Notes under the pieces: generated by a model
The model's database searches: none
What the model was told of the DNA's origin: nothing
The model's input: only the letters and a program-made list of their open reading frames with translations
NCBI GenBank assembly: GCA_964057225.1
Contig: OZ059895.1
Coordinates: 2,232,001 to 2,296,000, forward strand
DNA length: 64,000 nt
Origin: Auanema rhodensis
Lineage: Eukaryota > Animalia > Nematoda
Direction: 5' to 3'
Program-made: the position numbers and the translations under genes
Shown: one piece after another, positions 1 through 9,800 of the stretch
How positions within the stretch are numbered: the stretch's first letter is position 1
How the letters are laid out: each line of letters starts with the position of its first letter

Positions 1-8
1 AAAAAGAA

Positions 9-80
9 TCTAAAAACATCTACTTTTTGCTAAATTATTTTGAAATTTTTCGAAAAAATTTTTGTCAAAATGTTTTTGGA
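9..80. repeat. Dyad element 1 (each monomer): imperfect nested inverted repeat
   Basis: TCTAAAAACAT (9-19) matches the reverse complement of ATGTTTTTGGA (70-80) at 10/11. Inside are TTTTGA (38-43)/TCAAAA (65-70) and the perfect palindrome TTTTTCGAAAAA (46-57). Confidence 0.8.
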
Positions 81-195
81 AGCAATGCTGAGTGTACATG
101 GAAACTCAACATACACTAATGCATCATTTTTCAAACGATCATAACTAATTTTTGTATCAAGCGTTTCTCGATGTAGTATAGTGCATTCGATGCGG

Positions 196-246
196 ATTTT
201 TAAGCTGCGTCGATCTGTGTTATCAGATTTGCGCTAGCTTAAAAAT
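196..246. repeat. Dyad element 3 (each monomer): 51-nt hairpin with perfect 11-bp outer arms
   Basis: ATTTTTAAGCT (196-206)/AGCTTAAAAAT (236-246), then GCG (207-209)/CGC (232-234) and ATCTG (213-217)/CAGAT (224-228), closing the loop TGTTAT. Confidence 0.92.
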
Positions 247-263
247 GCACCGAGATATCAACT

Positions 264-285
264 GATATAAGTTCACACTTATATC
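264..285. repeat. Dyad element 4 (each monomer): perfect 9-bp inverted repeat with 4-nt loop
   Basis: GATATAAGT (264-272) - TCAC - ACTTATATC (277-285). Confidence 0.92.
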
Positions 286-786
286 CTCGATTTTCACCCT
301 GAAGAATTAATTTTTTCGTTGAATAGCATTGTCCATCGTCTTTGCCTTGAAAAAAGGAATCTAAAAACATCTACTTTTTGCTAAATTATTTTGAAATTTT
401 TCGAAAAAATTTTTGTCAAAATGTTTTTGGAAGCAATGCTGAGTGTACATGGAAACTCAACATACACTAATGCATCATTTTTCAAACGATCATAACTAAT
501 TTTTGTATCAAGCGTTTCTTGATGTAGTATAGTGCATTCGATGCGGATTTTTAAGCTGCGTCGATCTGTGTTATCAGATTTGCGCTAACTTAAAAATGCA
601 CCGAGATATCAACTGATATAAGTTCACACTTATATCCTCGATTTTCACCCTGAACAATTAATTTTTTCGTTGAATAACATTGTCCATCGTCTTTGCCTTG
701 AAAAATGGAATCTAAAAACATCTACTTTTTGCTAAATTATTTTGAAATTTTTCGAAAAAATTTTTGTCAAAATGTTTTTGGAAGCA

Positions 787-814
787 ATGTTGAGTGTACA
801 TGGAAACTCAACAT
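787..814. repeat. Dyad element 2 (monomer positions 85-112): perfect 9-bp inverted repeat with 10-nt spacer
   Basis: ATGTTGAGT (787-795) - GTACATGGAA - ACTCAACAT (806-814). Shown in monomer 3 because monomers 1-2 carry T88C. Confidence 0.9.
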
Positions 815-3800
815 ACACTAATGCATCATTTTTCAAACGATCATAACTAATTTTTGTATTAAGCGTTTCTCAATGTAGTATAGTGCATTCGATGCGAATT
901 TTTAAGCTGCGTCGATCTGTGTTATCAGATTTGCGCTAGCTTAAAAATGCACCGAGATATCAACTGATATAAGTTCACACTTATATCCTCGATTTTCACC
1001 CTGAAGAATTAATTTTTTTGTTGAATAACATTGTCCATCGTCTTTGCCTTGAAAAATGAAATCTAAAAACATCTACTTTTTGCTAAATTATTTTGAAATT
1101 TTTCGAAAAAATTTTTGTCAAAATGTTTTTGGAAGCAATGTTGAGTGTACATGGAAACTCAACATACACTAATGCATCATTTTTCAAACGATCATAACTA
1201 ATTTTTGTATCAAACGTTTCTCAATGTAGTATAGTGCATTCGATGCGGATTTTTAAGCTGCGTCGATCTGTGTTATCAGATTTGCGCTAGCTTAAAAATG
1301 CACCGAGATATCAACTGATATAAGTTCACACTTATATCCTCGATTTTCACCCTGAAGAATTAATTTTTTCGTTGAATAACATTGTCCATCGTCTTTGCCC
1401 TGAAAAAAGGAATCTAAAAACATCTACTTTTTGCTAAATTATTTTGAAATTTTTGGAAAAAATTTTTGTCAAAATGTTTTTGGAAGCAATGTTGAGTGTA
1501 CATGGAAACTCAACATACACTAATGCATCATTTTTCAAACGATCATAACTAATTTTTGTATTAAGCGTTTCTCAATGTAGTATAGTGCATTCGATGCGAA
1601 TTTTTAAGCTGCGTCGATCTGTGTTATCAGATTTGCGCTAGCTTAAAAATGCACCGAGATATCAACTGATATAAGTTCACACTTATATCCTCGATTTTCA
1701 CCCTGAAGAATTAATTTTTTCGTTGAATAGCATTGTCCATCGTCTTTGCCTTGAAAAAAGGAATCTAAAAACATCTACTTTTTGCTAAATTATTTTGAAA
1801 TTTTTCGAAAAAATTTTTGTCAAAATGTTTTTGGAAGCAATGTTGAGTGTACATGGAAACTCAACATACACTAATGCATCATTTTTCAAACGATCATAAC
1901 TAATTTTTGTATTAAGCGTTTCTCAATGTAGTATAGTGCATTCGATGCGAATTTTTAAGCTGCGTCGATCTGTGTTATCAGATTTGCGCTAGCTTAAAAA
2001 TGCACCGAGATATCAACTGATATAAGTTCACACTTATATCCTCGATTTTCACCCTGAAGAATTAATTTTTTCGTTGAATAGCATTGTCCATCGTCTTTGC
2101 CTTGAAAAAAGGAATCTAAAAACATCTACTTTTTGCTAAATTATTTTGAAATTTTTCGAAAAAATTTTTGTCAAAATGTTTTTGGAAGCAATGCTGAGTG
2201 TACATGGAAACTCAACATACACTAATGCATCATTTTTCAAACGATCATAACTAATTTTTGTATCAAGCGTTTCTCGATGTAGTATAGTGCATTCGATGCG
2301 GATTTTTAAGCTGCGTCGATCTGTGTTATCAGATTTGCGCTGGCTTAAAAATGCACCGAGATATCAACTGATATAAGTTCACACTTATATCCTCGATTTT
2401 CACCCTGAAGAATTAATTTTTTCGTTGAATAGCATTGTCCATCGTCTTTGCCTTGAAAAAAGGAATCTAAAAACATCTACTTTTTGCTAAATTATTTTGA
2501 AATTTTTCGAAAAAATTTTTGTCAAAATGTTTTTGGAAGCAATGCTGAGTGTACATGGAAACTCAACATACACTAATGCATCATTTTTCAAACGATCATA
2601 ACTAATTTTTGTATCAAGCGTTTCTTGATGTAGTATAGTGCATTCGATGCGGATTTTTAAGCTGCGTCGATCTGTGTTATCAGATTTGCGCTAACTTAAA
2701 AATGCACCGAGATATCAACTGATATAAGTTCACACTTATATCCTCGATTTTCACCCTGAAGAATTAATTTTTTCGTTGAATAACATTGTCCATCGTCTTT
2801 GCCCTGAAAAAAGGAATCTAAAAACATCTACTTTTTGCTAAATTATTTTGAAATTTTTGGAAAAAATTTTTGTCAAAATGTTTTTGGAAGCAATGTTGAG
2901 TGTACATGGAAACTCAACATACACTAATGCATCATTTTTCAAACGATCATAACTAATTTTTGTATCAAGCGTTTCTTGATGTAGTATAGTGCATTCGATG
3001 CGGATTTTTAAGCTGCGTCGATCTGTGTTATCAGATTTGCGCTAACTTAAAAATGCACCGAGATATCAACTGATATAAGTTCACACTTATATCCTCGATT
3101 TTCACCCTGAACAATTAATTTTTTCGTTGAATAACATTGTCCATCGTCTTTGCCTTGAAAAATGGAATCTAAAAACATCTACTTTTTGCTAAATTATTTT
3201 GAAATTTTTCGAAAAAATTTTTGTCAAAATGTTTTTGGAAGCAATGTTGAGTGTACATGGAAACTCAACATACACTAATGCATCATTTTTCAAACGATCA
3301 TAACTAATTTTTGTATTAAGCGTTTCTCAATGTAGTATAGTGCATTCGATGCGAATTTTTAAGCTGCGTCGATCTGTGTTATCAGATTTGCGCTAGCTTA
3401 AAAATGCACCGAGATATCAACTGATATAAGTTCACACTTATATCCTCGATTTTCACCCTGAAGAATTAATTTTTTCGTTGAATAACATTGTCCATCGTCT
3501 TTGCCCTGAAAAAAGGAATCTAAAAACATCTACTTTTTGCTAAATTATTTTGAAATTTTTGGAAAAAATTTTTGTCAAAATGTTTTTGGAAGCAATGTTG
3601 AGTGTACATGGAAACTCAACATACACTAATGCATCATTTTTCAAACGATCATAACTAATTTTTGTATTAAGCGTTTCTCAATGTAGTATAGTGCATTCGA
3701 TGCGAATTTTTAAGCTGCGTCGATCTGTGTTATCAGATTTGCGCTATCTTAAAAATGCACCGAGATATCAACTGATATAAGTTCACACTTATATCCTCGA

Positions 3801-6800
3801 TTTTCACCCTGAAGAATTAATTTTTTCGTTGAATAGCATTGTCCATCGTCTTTGCCTTGAAAAAAGGAATCTAAAAACATCTACTTTTTGCTAAATTATT
3901 TTGAAATTTTTCGAAAAAATTTTTGTCAAAATGTTTTTGGAAGCAATGTTGAGTGTACATGGAAACTCAACATACACTAATGCATCATTTTTCAAACGAT
4001 CATAACTAATTTTTGTATCAAGCGTTTCTCAATGTAGTATAGTGCATTCGATGCGGATTTTTAAGCTGCGTCGATCTGTGTTATCAGATTTGCGCTAGCT
4101 TAAAAATGCACCGAGATATCAACTGATATAAGTTCACACTTATATCCTCGATTTTCACCCTGAAGAATTGATTTTTTCGTTGAATAACATTGTCTATCGT
4201 CTTTGCCCTGAAAAATGGAATCTAAAAACATCTACTTTTTGCTAAATTATTTTGAAATTTTTCGAAAAAATTTTTGTCAAAATGTTTTTGGAAGCAATGT
4301 TCAGTGTACATGGAAACTCAACATACACTAATGCATCATTTTTCAAACGATCATAACTAATTTTTGTATCAAGCGTTTCTCAATGTAGTATAGTGCATTC
4401 GATGCGGATTTTTAAGCTGCGTCGATCTGTGTTATCAGATTTGCGCTAGCTTAAAAATGCACCGAGATATCAACTGATATAAGTTCACACTTATATCCTC
4501 GATTTTCACCCTGAAGAATTGATTTTTTCGTTGAATAACATTGTCTATCGTCTTTGCCTTGAAAAATGGAATCTAAAAACATCTACTTTTTGCTAAATTA
4601 TTTTGAAATTTTTCGAAAAAATTTTTGTCAAAATGTTTTTGGAAGCAATGTTGAGTGTACATGGAAACTCAACATACACTAATGCATCATTTTTCAAACG
4701 ATCATAACTAATTTTTGTATCAAGCGTTTCTCGATGTAGTATAGTGCATTCGATGCGGATTTTTAAGCTGCGTCGATCTGTGTTATCAGATTTGCGCTAG
4801 CTTAAAAATGCACCGAGATATCAACTGATATAAGTTCACACTTATATCCTCGATTTTCACCCTGAAGAATTGATTTTTTCGTTGAATAACATTGTCTATC
4901 GTCTTTGCCTTGAAAAATGGAATCTAAAAACATCTACTTTTTGCTAAATTATTTTGAAATTTTTCGAAAAAATTTTTGTCAAAATGTTTTTGGAAGCAAT
5001 GTTGAGTGTACATGGAAACTCAACATACACTAATGCATCATTTTTCAAACGATCATAACTAATTTTTGTATCAAGCGTTTCTCAATGTAGTATAGTGCAT
5101 TCGATGCGGATTTTTAAGCTGCGTCGATCTGTGTTATCAGATTTGCGCTAGCTTAAAAATGCACCGAGATATCAACTGATATAAGTTCACACTCATATCC
5201 TCGATTTTCACCCTGAAGAATTGATTTTTTCGTTGAATAACATTGTCTATCGTCTTTGCCTTGAAAAATGGAATCTAAAAACATCTACTTTTTGCTAAAT
5301 TATTTTGAAATTTTTCGAAAAAATTTTTGTCAAAATGTTTTTGGAAGCAATGTTGAGTGTACATGGAAACTCAACATACACTAATGCATCATTTTTCAAA
5401 CGATCATAACTAATTTTTGTATCGAGCGTTTCTCAATGTAGTATAGTGCATTCGATGCGGATTTTTAAGCTGCGTCGATCTGTGTTATCAGATTTGCGCT
5501 AGCTTAAAAATGCACCGAGATATCAACTGATATAAGTTCACACTTATATCCTCGATTTTCACCCTGAAGAATTGATTTTTTCGTTGAATAACATTGTCTA
5601 TCGTCTTTGCCTTGAAAAATGGAATCTAAAAACATCTACTTTTTGCTAAATAATTTTGAAATTTTTCGAAAAAATTTTTGTCAAAATGTTTTTGGAAGCA
5701 ATGTTGAGTGTACATGGAAACTCAACATACACTAATGCATCATTTTTCAAACGATCATAACTAATTTTTGTATTAAGCGTTTCTCAATGTAGTATAGTGC
5801 ATTCGATGCGAATTTTTAAGCTGCGTCGATCTGTGTTATCAGATTTGCGCTAGCTTAAAAATGCACCGAGATATCAACTGATATAAGTTCACACATATAT
5901 CCTCGATTTTCACCCTGAAGAATTGATTTTTTCGTTGAATAACATTGTCTATCGTCTTTGCCTTGAAAAATGGAATCTAAAAACATCTACTTTTTGCTAA
6001 ATTATTTTGAAATTTTTCGAAAAAATTTTTGTCAAAATGTTTTTGGAAGCAATGTTGAGTGTACATGGAAACTCAACATACACTAATGCATCATTTTTCA
6101 AACGATCATAACTAATTTTTGTATTAAGCGTTTCTCAATGTAGTATAGTGCATTCGATGCGGATTTTTAAGCTGCGTCGATCTGTGTTATCAGATTTGCG
6201 CTAGCTTAAAAATGCACCGAGATATCAACTGATATAAGTTCACACTTATATCCTCGATTTTCACCCTGAAGAATTGATTTTTTCGTTGAATAACATTGTC
6301 TATCGTCTTTGCCTTGAAAAATGGAATCTAAAAACATCTACTTTTTGCTAAATTATTTTGAAATTTTTCGAAAAAATTTTTGTCAAAATGTTTTTGGAAG
6401 CAATGTTGAGTGTACATGGAAACTCAACATACACTAATGCATCATTTTTCAAACGATCATAACTAATTTTTGTATCAAGCGTTTCTCAATGTAGTATAGT
6501 GCATTCGATGCGGATTTTTAAGCTGCGTCGATCTGTGTTATCAGATTTGCGCTAGCTTAAAAATGCACCGAGATATCAACTGATATAAGTTCACACTTAT
6601 ATCCTCGATTTTCACCCTGAAGAATTGATTTTTTCGTTGAATAACATTGTCTATCGTCTTTGCCTTGAAAAATGGAATCTAAAAACATCTACTTTTTGCT
6701 AAATTATTTTGAAATTTTTCGAAAAAATTTTTGTCAAAATGTTTTTGGAAGCAATGTTGAGTGTACATGGAAACTCAACATACACTAATGCATCATTTTT

Positions 6801-9800
6801 CAAACGATCATAACTAATTTTTGTATCAAGCGTTTCTCAATGTAGTATAGTGCATTCGATGCGGATTTTTAAGCTGCGTCGATCTGTGTTATCAGATTTG
6901 CGCTAGCTTAAAAATGCACCGAGATATCAACTGATATAAGTTCACACTTATATCCTCGATTTTCACCCTGAAGAATTGATTTTTTCGTTGAATAACATTG
7001 TCTATCGTCTTTGCCTTGAAAAATGGAATCTAAAAACATCTACTTTTTGCTAAATTATTTTGAAATTTTTCGAAAAAATTTTTGTCAAAATGTTTTTGGA
7101 AGCAATGTTGAGTGTACATGGAAACTCAACATACACTAATGCATCATTTTTCAAACGATCATAACTAATTTTTGTATCAAGCGTTTCTCGATGTAGTATA
7201 GTGCATTCGATGCGGATTTTTAAGCTGCGTCGATCTGTGTTATCAGATTTGCGCTAGCTTAAAAATGCACCGAGATATCAACTGATATAAGTTCACACTT
7301 ATATCCTCGATTTTCACCCTGAAGAATTGATTTTTTCGTTGAATAACATTGTCTATCGTCTTTGCCTTGAAAAATGGAATCTAAAAACATCTACTTTTTG
7401 CTAAATTATTTTGAAATTTTTCGAAAAAATTTTTGTCAAAATGTTTTTGGAAGCAATGTTGAGTGTACATGGAAACTCAACATACACTAATGCATCATTT
7501 TTCAAACGATCATAACTAATTTTTGTATCAAGCGTTTCTCAATGTAGTATAGTGCATTCGATGCGGATTTTTAAGCTGCGTCGATCTGTGTTATCAGATT
7601 TGCGCTAGCTTAAAAATGCACCGAGATATCAACTGATACAAGTTCACACTTATATCCTCGATTTTCACCCTGAAGAATTGATTTTTTCGTTGAATAACAT
7701 TGTCTATCGTCTTTGCCTTGAAAAATGGAATCTAAAAACATCTACTTTTTGCTAAATTATTTTGAAATGTTTCGAAAAAATTTTTGTCAAAATGTTTTTG
7801 GAAGCAATGTTGAGTGTACATGGAAACTCAACATACACTAATGCATCATTTTTCAAACGATCATAACTAATTTTTGTATCAAGCGTTTCTCAATGTAGTA
7901 TAGTGCATTCGATGCGGATTTTTAAGCTGCGTCGATCTGTGTTATCAGATTTGCGCTAGCTTAAAAATGCACCGAGATATCAACTGATATAAGTTCACAC
8001 TTATATCCTCGATTTTCACCCTGAAGAATTGATTTTTTCGTTGAATAACATTGTCTATCGTCTTTGCCTTGAAAAATGGAATCTAAAAACATCTACTTTT
8101 TGCTAAATTATTTTGAAATTTTTCGAAAAAATTTTTGTCAAAATGTTTTTGGAAGCAATGTTGAGTGTACATGGAAACTCAACATACACTAATGCATCAT
8201 TTTTCAAACGATCATAACTAATTTTTGTATCAAGCGTTTCTCGATGTAGTATAGTGCATTCGATGCGGATTTTTAAGCTGCGTCGATCTGTGTTATCAGA
8301 TTTGCGCTAGCTTAAAAATGCACCGAGATATCAACTGATATAAGTTCACACTTATATCCTCGATTTTCACCCTGAAGAATTGATTTTTTCGTTGAATAAC
8401 ATTGTCTATCGTCTTTGCCTTGAAAAATGGAATCTAAAAACATCTACTTTTTGCTAAATTATTTTGAAATTTTTCGAAAAAATTTTTGTCAAAATGTTTT
8501 TGGAAGCAATGTTGAGTGTACATGGAAACTCAACATACACTAATGCATCATTTTTCAAACGATCATAACTAATTTTTGTATCAAGCGTTTCTCAATGTAG
8601 TATAGTGCATTCGATGCGGATTTTTAAGCTGCGTCGATCTGTGTTATCAGATTTGCGCTAGCTTAAAAATGCACCGAGATATCAACTGATACAAGTTCAC
8701 ACTTATATCCTCGATTTTCACCCTGAAGAATTGATTTTTTCGTTGAATAACATTGTCTATCGTCTTTGCCTTGAAAAATGGAATCTAAAAACATCTACTT
8801 TTTGCTAAATTATTTTGAAATTTTTCGAAAAAATTTTTGTCAAAATGTTTTTGGAAGCAATGTTGAGTGTACATGGAAACTCAACATACACTAATGCATC
8901 ATTTTTCAAACGATCATAACTAATTTTTGTATCAAGCGTTTCTCAATGTAGTATAGTGCATTCGATGCGGATTTTTAAGCTGCGTCGATCTGTGTTATCA
9001 GATTTGCGCTAGCTTAAAAATGCACCGAGATATCAACTGATATAAGTTCACACTTATATCCTCGATTTTCACCCTGAAGAATTGATTTTTTCGTTGAATA
9101 ACATTGTCTATCGTCTTTGCCTTGAGAAATGGAATCTAAAAACATCTACTTTTTGCTAAATTATTTTGAAATTTTTCGAAAAAATTTTTGTCAAAATGTT
9201 TTTGGAAGCAATGTTGAGTGTACATGGAAACTCAACATACACTAATGCATCATTTTTCAAACGATCATAACTAATTTTTGTATCAAGCGTTTCTCGATGT
9301 AGTATAGTGCATTCGATGCGGATTTTTAAGCTGCGTCGATCTGTGTTATCAGATTTGCGCTAGCTTAAAAATGCACCGAGATATCAACTGATATAAGTTC
9401 ACACTTATATCCTCGATTTTCACCCTGAAGAATTGATTTTTTCGTTGAATAACATTGTCTATCGTCTTTGCCTTGAAAAATGGAATCTAAAAACATCTAC
9501 TTTTTGCTAAATTATTTTGAAATTTTTCGAAAAAATTTTTGTCAAAATGTTTTTGGAAGCAATGTTGAGTGTACATGGAAACTCAACATACACTAATGCA
9601 TCATTTTTCAAACGATCATAACTAATTTTTGTATCAAGCGTTTCTCAATGTAGTATAGTGCATTCGATGCGGATTTTTAAGCTGCGTCGATCTGTGTTAT
9701 CAGATTTGCGCTAGCTTAAAAATGCACCGAGATATCAACTGATATAAGTTCACACTCATATCCTCGATTTTCACCCTGAAGAATTGATTTTTTCGTTGAA

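Larger units (their letters stand above)
1..351. repeat. Representative monomer (phase arbitrary; used as the reference for monomer positions)
   Basis: Hand count gives 113 G+C in 351 bp (59 C, 54 G) and 13 CpG. A/T tracts are dense at 1-77, and 181-250 is more GC-rich. Confidence 0.97.

Noticed and set aside
186-202. CENP-B box
   Set aside because: TTCG is present but the required downstream A..CGGG spacing is not.
213-237. Helitron 3' end (hairpin followed by CTAG)
   Set aside because: The stem is short and AT-rich, CTAG is embedded in the larger hairpin, and no flanks or other element features are available.
196-246. Compensatory covariation proving a conserved RNA structure
   Set aside because: Some variants keep wobble pairs (A202G, C215T, A236G, C238T) but others break pairs (A196T, G207A, C208A, G237A/T, T239C), and I saw no true double compensatory change.
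1-351. Ancient internal dimer of two roughly 175-bp halves
   Set aside because: I see no alignable similarity at an offset near 175 by eye; a self-dotplot could still reveal weak homology.
1-351. Assignment to a named satellite family (for example Drosophila 1.688 or beetle 340-360 bp satellites)
   Set aside because: Only the length and AT content are similar. I do not recognise the sequence and cannot run a search.
299-470. Hammerhead ribozyme, as in newt satellite 2 or schistosome Sm-alpha repeats of similar size (CTGAAGA at 299-305, GAAAC downstream)
   Set aside because: No stem II links CTGAAGA to a GAAA and no stem I forms. The candidate cleavage triplet next to the ACTCAACAT stem would be GUG, which violates NUH.
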